Source: an uncultured Dehalococcoidia bacterium (GTDB lineage Bacteria; Chloroflexota; Dehalococcoidia; GIF9; UBA5629). Taken from it: a stretch of DNA of 64,000 nt. Shown here piece by piece: positions 20,099 to 29,993 of this stretch. The notes under the pieces were generated by a model. The model did no database searches, was not told the origin of the DNA, and was given only the letters and a program-made list of their open reading frames with translations. The stretch spans positions 17,292 to 81,291 of the forward strand of contig CAIMUM010000194.1 in the NCBI GenBank assembly GCA_903844685.1. Direction: 5' to 3'. The position numbers and the translations under genes are program-made. Each line of letters begins with the position of its first letter. Positions within the stretch are counted from its first letter, which is position 1.

Positions 20099-21265
20099 AT
20101 GACACAACGTGTAGCTATAGTCGGCATCGGCCAGACCAACCATTCGGGAAGGCGTCCTTATCATAACGACGGTGAGGTAATCTACGATGCTATCAGCGCA
20201 GCCCTTGCAGATGCCCAGTTATCTATAAAAGACATTGATAACGTAATTATAGGTGATATGGAACTCTTCGAAGGCCATAGTCTGAATGACGCCATGTTGC
20301 TGGATTACACGGGCGCTGAGGGCAGATCCGGCTTCAAGATGAACACGGGTGGAACCGTGGGCTCTATGAATGTGATCTCAGGCTGGTATAACGTAGCATC
20401 CGAATTCAGCGATACTACCCTGGTTATCGGTTGGGAAAAGCACGACGAAGGACCGACCACTTCAGCTATAACCACTATCTGGGACCCCGCTATAAACCGG
20501 CCATTTGAAGTCGGCGCCATTTCCGGTCTGGCCATGATCTCCAATGCATACATGACGAGGAGCGGCTGTCCCCTCGAAGTCGGGGCGATTGTCCGTGCTC
20601 AGGCCTCGGACAATGCAGCGAGAAATCCCAAGGCTCATTTGAGGGAAAGGTATACTGTCCAGGACGTTATGAGCGCAAGAATGGTGCTATATCCGCTGAA
20701 TTTGCTGATGATCTGTCCCACAAGCCTGGGTGCATGCGCCCTGGTATTGGCCGGCGAGAAAAAAGCCAGGAAAATAAATAAAAAACCGGTATGGATCAGG
20801 GACCATGCTACTGCACACCAGGTAACCCGCGGCATGGATTTCATGGCCGAAGCGGGGAAAATAGACACGTCAATGACTGTAACGGGAAGGAAAATTTTCC
20901 AACGTAACCATATTACCAAGCCGATGGAAGAGATACAGGTCTTCGAGATGTACGATCCGTGCGCTTTTTGCCAGCCTGCCTGGCTGGAAGAATTTGGCCT
21001 CTGCGAGGCTGGTCAGGGTTGGCGCCTGATTGAAAAAGGTGTTACGGCCAGAGAAGGATCGTTTCCGGTTTCTCCCTCCGGCGGTACATTGTGTACTAAC
21101 GCTATAGGCGATACAGCCACCGTGCGTGTGGCCGAGGCGGCTTTACAATTGCGGGGCGATGCCGGAGAACACCAGGTGACCAGGGAAGTGAAAATGGCTC
21201 TGGCCAGCGGTTACGGTGGTATGTACTGGACCGACCTGCTGCTGCTCAGCAATACGCTGGATTAG
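20099..21265 (+). CDS. SCP-x-type thiolase-fold protein lacking all thiolase catalytic residues (aldolase/scaffold candidate)
   Basis: It aligns with the bona fide thiolase at 50052. NFCATGS becomes NTGGTVGS, so the nucleophilic Cys is absent. CFGHPIGASG becomes CTNAIGDTAT, so the His is absent. The C-terminal Cys is also absent. Confidence 0.75.
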   Translation: MTQRVAIVGIGQTNHSGRRPYHNDGEVIYDAISAALADAQLSIKDIDNVIIGDMELFEGHSLNDAMLLDYTGAEGRSGFKMNTGGTVGSMNVISGWYNVASEFSDTTLVIGWEKHDEGPTTSAITTIWDPAINRPFEVGAISGLAMISNAYMTRSGCPLEVGAIVRAQASDNAARNPKAHLRERYTVQDVMSARMVLYPLNLLMICPTSLGACALVLAGEKKARKINKKPVWIRDHATAHQVTRGMDFMAEAGKIDTSMTVTGRKIFQRNHITKPMEEIQVFEMYDPCAFCQPAWLEEFGLCEAGQGWRLIEKGVTAREGSFPVSPSGGTLCTNAIGDTATVRVAEAALQLRGDAGEHQVTREVKMALASGYGGMYWTDLLLLSNTLD

Positions 21266-21349
21266 CCTGCGGGGCTGGTTAGATTTTGGATGGCAGGAAT
21301 CTCATTAAAAGGGATTGGCAATACTAAAAATAGATTTTAGGAGGCCGGT

Positions 21350-22519
21350 ATGTCACATAGAGTTGCTATTACAGGAATAGGGCAGACACGTCACTCAGGC
21401 CGCCGGCCTTACCATAACGACGGTGAGATGATCCATGAAGCGGTGAGCCTGGCCCTGGCCGATGCCGATATCAGCATTAAGGACATTGACACTGTCATCA
21501 TCGGCAATATGGACTTGTTCGAAGGACATTATCTTAACGATGCTATGCTAGCGGACTATTCCGGTTCCATAGGTAAATCAGGCTTTAAAATGAACACGGG
21601 CGGCACGGTAGGCACCATGGAAGTCATTACAGCCTGGTACAATATCGCTTCAGGACAAAGCGATACAGTTCTGGTAATCGGCTGGGAGAAGCACGACGAA
21701 GGCCCGGTTACCTCGGCCATCACCACAATTTACGAACCTGCCTACACGAGGTGGTTTTCCGTGGGTGCGCTATCAGGGTTGGCACTATTATCGGACGACT
21801 ATTTACGGCGTGCAAACTGTCCGATGGAAATCGGCGGGATTGTCCGGTCATACATGTCGGAAAATGCCTCCCGCAATCCCAATGCCCATTTAAGGGAAAA
21901 GTATACAGTTCAGGACGTAATGAACGCCCGCATGGTACTCTACCCCCTCACTCTGCTCATGATCTGTCCAACCAGCCTGGGCGCCTGTGCCATGGTGCTG
22001 GCCAAAGAAAGCAAGGCCAAAAAGATGACTAAAAAGCCGGTCTGGATAAAAGATCACGTCACAGTCCATGCCGAGGAGGGTGGCGGGCTCTTTGATGCCC
22101 TGAGCGGAGGACCCCGCCGCACTACAGAGACGGAAGCAGGCAAGACTATATTGAAGCGGAACCACATCACCAAGCCCCTGGAAGAAATACAGCTCTTCGA
22201 AATGTACGATCCCTGCCCATTCTTCCACCCCTTCTTCCTTGAGGATTTCCAGCTCTGTCCTGAGGGTGAAGCGTGGAAACTCATTGAGAAGGGGTTAACG
22301 AGCAGGGAGGGCTCATTCCCTATCTCTCCATCTGGTGGGGTCATGTGCACCAATGCCATCGGCGATTCCGGCACCTTGCGTGTGGCCGAAGCTGCCCTTC
22401 AACTGCGCGAAGACGCCGGCGAACATCAGGTGACCCGCAAGGTAACGCAGGCCCTGGCCAGCGGGTTCGGCGGCTCGAACTGGACCGATCTCTTCCTGCT
22501 CACCAATTCGCTGGACTGA
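21350..22519 (+). CDS. SCP-x-type thiolase-fold protein lacking catalytic residues, tandem paralog of 20099..21265
   Basis: The N-terminal ~130 aa are roughly 70 % identical to the previous gene. The same Cys and His substitutions are present. Confidence 0.75.
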   Translation: MSHRVAITGIGQTRHSGRRPYHNDGEMIHEAVSLALADADISIKDIDTVIIGNMDLFEGHYLNDAMLADYSGSIGKSGFKMNTGGTVGTMEVITAWYNIASGQSDTVLVIGWEKHDEGPVTSAITTIYEPAYTRWFSVGALSGLALLSDDYLRRANCPMEIGGIVRSYMSENASRNPNAHLREKYTVQDVMNARMVLYPLTLLMICPTSLGACAMVLAKESKAKKMTKKPVWIKDHVTVHAEEGGGLFDALSGGPRRTTETEAGKTILKRNHITKPLEEIQLFEMYDPCPFFHPFFLEDFQLCPEGEAWKLIEKGLTSREGSFPISPSGGVMCTNAIGDSGTLRVAEAALQLREDAGEHQVTRKVTQALASGFGGSNWTDLFLLTNSLD

Positions 22520-22585
22520 TCGCAGCTATTATCCTAATTTTCCGCAGTCAATCAGTGGTTGACTGTGTATGTCGTAAGCGCCGGC

Positions 22586-22855
22586 CTATTCAGCCTTGAT
22601 AACAGCAGCGATGCCCTGTCCGCCGCCGACACACATGGAAGCATTGCCATACTTGGCGCCTTTCTCTTTAAGGATCCTGGCCAGCGTGCCGACAATCCTG
22701 ACACCTGTAACGCCAAGCGGGTGGCCGATAGCCAGACCGCTGCCGTGGATATTGATTTTCTCCACGGGGATATTAAATTCTTTCATAGCGCACAAAGGCA
22801 CAAGGCAAAGTGCCCGGTAAGGAGCATCGTGAATGGCATTATGGTCACACTGCCA
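22586..22855 (-). pseudogene. Remnant of a thiolase C-terminus (~75-90 aa)
   Basis: ...NIHGSGLAIGHPLGVTGVRIVGTLARILKEKGAKYGNASMCVGGGQGIAAVIKAE is a canonical thiolase C-terminus with GHP and CxGGGQG motifs. An in-frame stop lies 18 codons upstream. It sits directly downstream of the intact thiolase gene. Confidence 0.6.
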
Positions 22856-22950
22856 TCACGCTTTCCTATCCCAGGCACATGCGTTACAGTTTCATTGCTA
22901 TACCGCGTGCTGTATGCACTTCGGCGGGTTTGGTTTTATTTCGCTCAAGG

Positions 22951-24159
22951 CTATCTTTGCAGGTTCTCTATGATCGCGCAGATTCCAAGTCCGCCGCCGA
23001 CACAGGTGCTGAACATACCATATTTCCCGCCGGTGCGGATCAATTGACGCATAGTGAACATGCCGATCCTGGCACCGGAAGCGCCGTTGGGATGTCCGTA
23101 GGCAATAGCGCCGCCCAGCGGGTTCCATTTTTTGCGGTCTACTTTTTCACCTGTTTGCTTTTCAAGTTCCTTTATAACCGCCAGTTGTTGCACAGCAAAG
23201 GCCTCATTGCATTCCATGTGATCGAAATCAGCAATCTTCAGTCCAGACCGTTTCATGGCTATAGGTATAGCGTAGGCAGGGCCAATACCCATGATCTTCG
23301 GGTCGCAGCCGTAATCTGCACCCGTAATCCATCTGGCCATCGGTTTGTACCCCAGTTCCTTGGCTTTGTCAGCGCTCATCATCAGGACGAAAGATGCACC
23401 ATCATTCATACCGGAGGAATTACCCGCGGTTACCGTACCGTCCTTTTTAAACGTGGGCGGAAGCTTGGCCAAACCTTCCAAGGTGGTGTCAGGACGAGGA
23501 TGCTCATCTTTATTGAATACAATATCGGGGGCCTTTTTGCCGCCCGGGATGATCACCGGGACTATCTCATCTTTGAAATAATCGTTGTCCATGGCCATTT
23601 TTGCTCTCATCTGGCTCTGGTAAGCGAACTCGTCGGAAGCTTCCCGCGGAATGCTATACATAACCTGCAGGTTCTCGGCCGTTGTTCCCATACCAACGTT
23701 ATCTTCCGGATTCGGGGACAAAGTAGGCATGACGGGCATTGGGGGGATTTGTTTATATGGCGCCGTAGTCGTCGGGAACTTGTGGTAAAAATTGCTGTGG
23801 GAATCCATGCCGCCTGCTATGATAATATCCGCCTGGTTGGCAAGGATTTTCCATGCAGCATGGTTGATAGTGTCAATAGATGAACCGCACTGCATCTCGA
23901 GAAAGTGCGATGATGTTTCTATGGGTAGCCCGGCCGCCAGAGTAACCCAGCGCCCCATGTTCAGGGTGTTTACACTACCAAATGCAGACCCGGCCATAAC
24001 ACAGTCCACCTTGCCACGCTCTGTAATCTTTGTTTTCTCAATCAGGCCTTTCATAACAATGGCCCCCAACTGATTAGGCAAGATATCGCGGATCGTACCG
24101 CCCATTTTCCCAAAAGCTGACCTCATACCGTCAACGAAAACTACTTCTCTCTGTGCCAT
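22951..24159 (-). CDS. Acetyl-CoA C-acyltransferase (canonical degradative/biosynthetic thiolase)
   Basis: The Cys nucleophile is in EMQCGSS. YGHPNGASG and CVGGGLG motifs are present. The start was set at MAQREV behind GGAGG. Confidence 0.85.
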   Translation of the reverse strand: MAQREVVFVDGMRSAFGKMGGTIRDILPNQLGAIVMKGLIEKTKITERGKVDCVMAGSAFGSVNTLNMGRWVTLAAGLPIETSSHFLEMQCGSSIDTINHAAWKILANQADIIIAGGMDSHSNFYHKFPTTTAPYKQIPPMPVMPTLSPNPEDNVGMGTTAENLQVMYSIPREASDEFAYQSQMRAKMAMDNDYFKDEIVPVIIPGGKKAPDIVFNKDEHPRPDTTLEGLAKLPPTFKKDGTVTAGNSSGMNDGASFVLMMSADKAKELGYKPMARWITGADYGCDPKIMGIGPAYAIPIAMKRSGLKIADFDHMECNEAFAVQQLAVIKELEKQTGEKVDRKKWNPLGGAIAYGHPNGASGARIGMFTMRQLIRTGGKYGMFSTCVGGGLGICAIIENLQR

Positions 24160-24569
24160 TTGTTCCTCCAATAATATAAAACTTATTTGGCGTTTTGATG
24201 TCTGCCATAGTGCGACATCCGCACAATAATTGTATATGATTACGCCCCAAAATCACCAGCGAACGTGTGGCGCCTCTGTCCCCGGCGCTCCTTATATAAT
24301 TAAGCTTGGATTTTACATTATTAGCATGGAAATCACAATTTTCGAAGTCGAAATCCAGCTTTACTAATCATTATCCCTGGGGCGGATAGCACGGCTAAGT
24401 CTAGCTCCGATCTAAGCAGGCGCCCGGACAGCCTGGGTAGCCAGGGTGACAAGGTGGAAGTATTGGCTCTTCAAGGATCAGGAGCGCGCTGAAGTGGCTA
24501 TAGAGAGGATTTGGGTAATAGCTCCGGATAAGGGAGGGTCCAGCAGGCCAGGAGGGCCTGGAGGGGTCA

Positions 24570-24598
24570 TTGACAGTCGTTGGGTTCAGGCATATTAT
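24570..24598 (+). promoter_or_regulatory. Sigma70-like promoter (TTGACA-17-TATTAT) upstream of CoA-transferase gene, with direct repeat TGACAGTCGTT x2
   Basis: The -35 is at 24570-24575 and the -10 at 24593-24598. The 11-mer TGACAGTCGTT occurs at 24571-24581 (overlapping the -35) and again at 24621-24631. Confidence 0.45.
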
Positions 24599-24763
24599 GC
24601 TAACCAAGGGCAAGTAGGGATGACAGTCGTTTTGTTGCGAATCAATATGGGAAATCCCGGATTATATCTTTTTCACATATTAACGCTATGCGGGTTGTAG
24701 ATTAAGCAGCGGTCATAGCATTGTCCGCTGGTTTTATCGAAAAATACTTTTTGGAGGTTTTTT

Positions 24764-25957
24764 ATGCCGGGTTTGATGCTGGAGGGTGTCAAGATCATTG
24801 ATTTCACCACTACCGTCGCGGGACCTGCCTGCTCCCAATTCCTATCACAGTTAGGGGCCGAGGTAATCAAAATCGAGTCGCCAGTCAAGATGGATGATGC
24901 CCGCTATTATCCACCGTACAAAGGTTCTTTCTCTATTTCGTTTGCCGCTGCTAACATAGGAAAAAGATGTGTGACCATCGATCTTAAGAAGCTGGAAGGT
25001 GTGGCACTGTTCAAAGAAATGGCCAAAGCCTGTGATGTCTTCTTGGAGAATTATACACCTGGCACCGTCAAGCGACTGGGTATTGACTACGATGCACTGA
25101 AGGACCTCAACCCCAGGCTCATCATGTGCTCTATCTCTGCCTACGGTCAGACCGGGCCGCTTTCCAGCCTGCCCGGTTACGACGCAACCATCCAGGCTAT
25201 GACTGGACTGATGAGCGTTACCGGCTACCCGGACCGTCCGCCTCTCCGGTCGGGGACATTGGTCGTTGATGTCAGTACGGCATTCTGCGCGGCCCTCTCC
25301 ATCTGCGCAGCGCTCTATGCACGGCAGATATCAGGAATTGGGACTCACCTCGATATCGCTATGTACGATGTAGGTATTAATCTGCTCGAGTCCAAATTTG
25401 TGGATTATGCCAATACGGGCAACGTTCCCACCCGCACGGGCAACCGCTTCCCCTTCATCTCACCCTTTGACACCTACCAGACGAAAGACTCCTACGTAAT
25501 GATTATCTGTGCCGGCGACGGTCCTTTCATCGACCTGTGCAATGGTATGGGAATGCCCGACCTGCCCACAGACGAGCGTTTCAAGGACATCTTCACCCGC
25601 AATGCCCACGAACCAGAACTAAAAAGAATAATTGAAGACTGGTCCACTCAATATACTACGGCAGAGGTAGTTGAGAAGCTCATAGCTGCCGGGGCCCCTG
25701 TAGCCGCTGTACATGATATCAAGCAGGCCATAGACCACCCGCATACACAGGCACGCGGTATGCTCAATGCTGTTGAACAGCCAGGGGTTGGCAACCTGGT
25801 GTTGATGGGCCCGCCGGTAAAGGCCTCCAATTACCAGGTCGGCAAGCCCGGACACACCCATAGTCCAGGGGAGGATAATATATGGCTACTCAAAGAAATT
25901 CTGGGCAAGAGCGAAGCTGAGATACAGAAGATCAGCGAGTCAAAGGTGATGGGTTAA
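24764..25957 (+). CDS. Family III CoA-transferase (CaiB/BaiF; alpha-methylacyl-CoA racemase / succinyl-CoA:acid CoA-transferase type)
   Basis: The CaiB/BaiF fold is present with the conserved Asp region. The RBS is GGAGG. Confidence 0.8.
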   Translation: MPGLMLEGVKIIDFTTTVAGPACSQFLSQLGAEVIKIESPVKMDDARYYPPYKGSFSISFAAANIGKRCVTIDLKKLEGVALFKEMAKACDVFLENYTPGTVKRLGIDYDALKDLNPRLIMCSISAYGQTGPLSSLPGYDATIQAMTGLMSVTGYPDRPPLRSGTLVVDVSTAFCAALSICAALYARQISGIGTHLDIAMYDVGINLLESKFVDYANTGNVPTRTGNRFPFISPFDTYQTKDSYVMIICAGDGPFIDLCNGMGMPDLPTDERFKDIFTRNAHEPELKRIIEDWSTQYTTAEVVEKLIAAGAPVAAVHDIKQAIDHPHTQARGMLNAVEQPGVGNLVLMGPPVKASNYQVGKPGHTHSPGEDNIWLLKEILGKSEAEIQKISESKVMG

Positions 25958-26041
25958 AACACAGCCTGCACAATTGATGTACAATATGCAGGGTTTGCGT
26001 TCCGGAAAGCAAAATTTTAAAAACAAAGGAGTGCGTTCAAT

Positions 26042-26986
26042 ATGGGTGACAGGCTAAAGGGTAAAGTAGCAGTCGTAACCGGTGCCGGCCGCGGCATTGG
26101 CAGGGCAGAGGCATTGGCCCTGGCAGCGGAGGGCGCCAAGGTTGTGGTCAACGACCTAGGTGGCGGCTCAGATGGAGCTGGCGCTTCAGCTTCGCCAGCG
26201 GAAGAGGTAGTCGCTGAAATCAAGAAGATAGGCGGTGATGCAGCAGCCAACTTCGATTCTGTGGCGACCTGGGCCGGTGGTGAGGGCATCATCAAGACTG
26301 CCCTCGATAAATTCGGCAGGATCGACATCGTGGTCAACAACGCGGGTATCCTGCGCGACAAAATGGTTTTCAATATGACTGAGGAAGAGTGGGACATCAT
26401 CATCAAGGTCCACCTTTACGGACACTTCTATGTGACCAGGGCGGCCGCCCCGCACCTGAGGCAGCAGCGCTGGGGACGCATCATCAACACCTCATCCATC
26501 GCCGGCCTGGGCAACATGGGACAGGCCAACTATGGAGCGGCCAAAGAAGGCATCGTGGGCTTTACACGCGTAGTAGCGAAGGACATGGGCAAATACGGCG
26601 TGACCTGCAACGCCATACGCCCCAATGCGGCCACCAGGATGACCGTGACCGATGAGCTTATGGCCGCCTGGAAAAAGCAGTTCGTGGACGCTGGCGGCAC
26701 CGATGAGGCTCAGTTCAAGGCTATGATAGAGAAGATGGTGCTTTCCTCCAAACCGGAGCACATCGCCCCAGTGGTAACCTGGCTGGCCACAGAGGACGCG
26801 GCCAATGTCAATGGCGCTACCTTCTTCATCAGTGGCAACGATATCGGTATCTATTCCGAACCGGCAGTGACGCAGAAGATCACCAAGGCTGAGGGCTTCT
26901 GGACTATTGATGAACTAGTAAAGATTACTCCCAAAGAGCTTACCAACAATTGGGTAAACCCGATGCCGGCAAAGCCAGCAAAATAA
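26042..26986 (+). CDS. SDR-family oxidoreductase resembling the (R)-3-hydroxyacyl-CoA dehydrogenase domain of MFE-2/HSD17B4
   Basis: TGAGRGIGRA is the NAD motif. The NDLGGG...G.G.S insertion is typical of MFE-2-type SDRs. YxxxK is present. 314 aa. Confidence 0.75.
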   Translation: MGDRLKGKVAVVTGAGRGIGRAEALALAAEGAKVVVNDLGGGSDGAGASASPAEEVVAEIKKIGGDAAANFDSVATWAGGEGIIKTALDKFGRIDIVVNNAGILRDKMVFNMTEEEWDIIIKVHLYGHFYVTRAAAPHLRQQRWGRIINTSSIAGLGNMGQANYGAAKEGIVGFTRVVAKDMGKYGVTCNAIRPNAATRMTVTDELMAAWKKQFVDAGGTDEAQFKAMIEKMVLSSKPEHIAPVVTWLATEDAANVNGATFFISGNDIGIYSEPAVTQKITKAEGFWTIDELVKITPKELTNNWVNPMPAKPAK

Positions 26987-27012
26987 GAATCTTAATTAGT
27001 TACTAATCTTGT

Positions 27013-27034
27013 GGGCGGGTCTTTAGACCCGCCC
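27013..27034. terminator. Bidirectional hairpin between convergent genes (GGGCGGGTC-TTTA-GACCCGCCC)
   Basis: A perfect 9-bp GC-rich stem with a 4-nt loop lies between the SDR stop (26986) and the oxidoreductase stop (27050). T/A-rich flanks are present. Confidence 0.55.
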
Positions 27035-27049
27035 CTACATTTATTTATG

Positions 27050-28390
27050 TTAAGAATAATCGGCCTTAATGTGATCAGCGCAGATCATAGCAGAATTGGC
27101 CGCCGCGTTCATGCCTACACCCCTGCCTGTATAGCAGTCGCCCGCAAAATACAATCCCTTCATGCCGGGCATAGCTACTGGCATACGATAATTTCCGGTC
27201 AATCCGGGTGACCTGCCCAGCCCATCAATACCTACATAGTGGCCGTCCACTTTCCAGACTACGTTTTCTTCTACATCAGGGAACATCTGCTTAACAGTCT
27301 CCCAGAACTTGCCCAATGTATCTTTGCGGAACGCCTCATCCCGGGCCTGTTGTGGTGTACAACAAGCGCCGATAAAAGCAATCATATGCCCAGGCGGTGC
27401 AATTGTTTCATCAAAGTTAGTATGCCCGAGAATCTGCAGTGGCAAGCCAACCCCTGGTATCCTCCAGGCCGAAAGATAAACCGGTTCAGTAAACAGCGGC
27501 TTCCTTATTCCCATGGTAAAGCCCATGGATGCGCTTGTCTCATCTTTCAGTCGTACTAATCTGGAGTACCATTCACGCTGCAACGGGTCATCTGCAACCT
27601 CGATTATGCCAACTAATTGCCAGATGGGAATAGCAATAACCACGACGTTAGCATGATAAGATTCAGTTTCTGTAAATAATTCGGTTGTACCATTTTTATT
27701 TACAACCACTTTTATGACCGGTGCACCATATTTTATTTCGCAACCTTTTTGTATAGCGGCTTTGGCCATTGCTCCTGTCATCACTCCGATGCCACCTACT
27801 GGCATGCGGATATTGCCGAAACCGCCGTACCTCGCCCCGAATTTCATGCCCTCACGATAAATGGACACGAATTCTCCTGCTGAGATTATCTCAGCCCGTG
27901 TCAGCGTAGTTTGCACCATGCCGATAGTCTTCAGGTATTCCGCCACAGGTTCGGATTTTACCCGCTGTGAGATAAATTCAGCCAGAGAGGTTTTATCCAG
28001 CACATCTATCTCGGCATCAGTCATAGGTACAAAGCTGTCTTCCAACTCAGCTAATTGCTTGACCTCCGCATCCGTTAAGTTGAAATACTGCCCTGCGTCC
28101 TTCCACTTATCACCATCGAAGATACCCATTCCCTGCATCGGGCGTGTCCAGGCTATGTCCACTCCAATCTTTTTCAGGAGGTCCGCGCAAGCTGATTTAT
28201 CGCCGTTATCCACGCAATGCGTCCCAGTATCAATTCTCCACCCGCCGGGCATCTCCTTGGTTTTAGCCCTGCCACCTGGTGTCCGCGTTTTTTCCAGCAA
28301 CAGTATCCTCATCCCACGCCCTTGTAGCAATCCTGCCACACCTAACCCGGCAATTCCCGCACCAATTACTATTGCATCATAAGCATTCAT
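27050..28390 (-). CDS. FAD-dependent oxidoreductase, CrtI/CrtD/amine-oxidase (phytoene desaturase-like) family
   Basis: The N-terminal dinucleotide fold DAIVIGAGIAGL...LLLEK is followed by GGR. Length 446 aa. Confidence 0.7.
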   Translation of the reverse strand: MNAYDAIVIGAGIAGLGVAGLLQGRGMRILLLEKTRTPGGRAKTKEMPGGWRIDTGTHCVDNGDKSACADLLKKIGVDIAWTRPMQGMGIFDGDKWKDAGQYFNLTDAEVKQLAELEDSFVPMTDAEIDVLDKTSLAEFISQRVKSEPVAEYLKTIGMVQTTLTRAEIISAGEFVSIYREGMKFGARYGGFGNIRMPVGGIGVMTGAMAKAAIQKGCEIKYGAPVIKVVVNKNGTTELFTETESYHANVVVIAIPIWQLVGIIEVADDPLQREWYSRLVRLKDETSASMGFTMGIRKPLFTEPVYLSAWRIPGVGLPLQILGHTNFDETIAPPGHMIAFIGACCTPQQARDEAFRKDTLGKFWETVKQMFPDVEENVVWKVDGHYVGIDGLGRSPGLTGNYRMPVAMPGMKGLYFAGDCYTGRGVGMNAAANSAMICADHIKADYS

Positions 28391-28403
28391 TAGCTAATCC
28401 TTA

Positions 28404-29993
28404 CTATTTTTTTGCGAACTCCTTCTCTATTTCCTTATACAGGTCAAGCTTCTTTACCTTACCGAGTAAAGTGAGCGGTAATTGTTCCCTGAATGATATA
28501 TCCTCAGGTATTTTGAATCTGGCCAACCGGTCTTTCAGAAACCCTTTGATTGCCTCAGCCGTCGGTTGAGTACCCGGCTTCGGAATTACATATGCCCGGC
28601 CTACTTCACCGTACACAGGGTGCGGCCTGCCCACTACAGCTACCATGAAGACATCCGGATGCTGCGCAATCGCCTCTTCCACTTCTGGCGGGTAGACGTT
28701 CTCGCCACCGCGGATATACATCTCCTTTTTTCTGCCCACGATGGTCAGGTACCCGTCTTTATCCAGTACACCCATATCGCCGGTATGAAAGAAACCCTTT
28801 TTATCAAATACCCGCTTATCTTCATCCGGCCGCTTCCAGTAACCCTTCATGACCGCATCGCCCTTGATAGCGATCTCACCTACCTTTCCTTCAGGCAGCA
28901 TATTGTCATCCATGTCCATTATGACCAGTTCAATACCATTAATGGGAACACCCACAGTATATTTGAGTTTTTCTTCACCATGCTCTATCTGCGTGAAAGT
29001 GATCGCACCGCTCACCTCGGTCAAGCCGTAGGCGTTCTGTGGCATTACGCCAAACTTATTTTTAATAGCCATGATCAATTCCGAAGGGCAGGGCTGGCTG
29101 GATACGATAGCAGCTTTGATTGAACTTAGATCATATTTGTCTATATTAGGACTCAGCAGCTCCATGGCCCATTGCGCCGGCACCTGTCCCATCACAGTGA
29201 CCTTTTCATCCTGAATTAATTGCAGTGTTTTCTCAGGATCGAACATGTCCATCATCACCAGTTTATTGCCTGCATTGAGACAGGCGATCACCGCCATCAC
29301 CACACCACCCACGTGATTTAAAGGTATATTTAATAGCAAAGTTTCGTCCGTGCCCTCGAACTTGGAAGCGATCAACTGGCCGTCGGTGTAGGCGATCAAG
29401 TTCTTATGCGTCAGCACCGAAGCCTTGGGTATACCGGTTGTGCCGGATGTAAAAAGGAAAAGCGCAGGGTCATCCGGTTTAACTTTTGCCTTGTATTTTG
29501 CCAGTTCCGAACCTGGTTCGGTCAGGAAAGCTCCCCAGGATATCATACCGCCCGTGGCCTTTTCTTTATTTAGAATAACCACGTGTTTGAGTGTTGGCAG
29601 TTCTCCGCGTATAGTTTCCAGGTTTTTAACAAAGTCCATACCAAAGAAGCCATCTGCCATCACCAGTACGGATATCTCTGCATTATTGATAACGAACTTG
29701 ATTTCCTGAGGAGTGAACCTCCAGCTTATCGGGACGGTTATAGCCCCGATCTTGGCCGCACCTAGGTAAGTGAAGATGAATTCGGGCCAGTTGGGGATAT
29801 ATACTCCAACCCTGTCACCGCGTTGTACACCCAGCTTTATCAGTCCCATGGCAGCCAGGTCCGCTTGCCTGTTGTATTCCGCCCAGGTTACACGCCTGTC
29901 TTTGTATACCAGCGCATCCTTCCCCGCTTTCTCCGCCGCATGTTTATTAAAGAAATCGCCCAGCACCCTGACTGATTTATCTAACTCGCTCAT
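28404..29993 (-). CDS. AMP-dependent acyl-CoA synthetase/ligase
   Basis: AMP-binding motifs are present (TSGTTGIPKA, YGLTE, TGDMGVLDKDGYLTIVGRKKE). The RBS is GGGGAGG. Confidence 0.85.
   Translation of the reverse strand: MSELDKSVRVLGDFFNKHAAEKAGKDALVYKDRRVTWAEYNRQADLAAMGLIKLGVQRGDRVGVYIPNWPEFIFTYLGAAKIGAITVPISWRFTPQEIKFVINNAEISVLVMADGFFGMDFVKNLETIRGELPTLKHVVILNKEKATGGMISWGAFLTEPGSELAKYKAKVKPDDPALFLFTSGTTGIPKASVLTHKNLIAYTDGQLIASKFEGTDETLLLNIPLNHVGGVVMAVIACLNAGNKLVMMDMFDPEKTLQLIQDEKVTVMGQVPAQWAMELLSPNIDKYDLSSIKAAIVSSQPCPSELIMAIKNKFGVMPQNAYGLTEVSGAITFTQIEHGEEKLKYTVGVPINGIELVIMDMDDNMLPEGKVGEIAIKGDAVMKGYWKRPDEDKRVFDKKGFFHTGDMGVLDKDGYLTIVGRKKEMYIRGGENVYPPEVEEAIAQHPDVFMVAVVGRPHPVYGEVGRAYVIPKPGTQPTAEAIKGFLKDRLARFKIPEDISFREQLPLTLLGKVKKLDLYKEIEKEFAKK

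Noticed and set aside
22810-23883. 357-aa ORF on the plus strand
   Set aside because: It is entirely antisense to the well-supported thiolase gene at 22951..24159 and has no RBS or recognisable domains.
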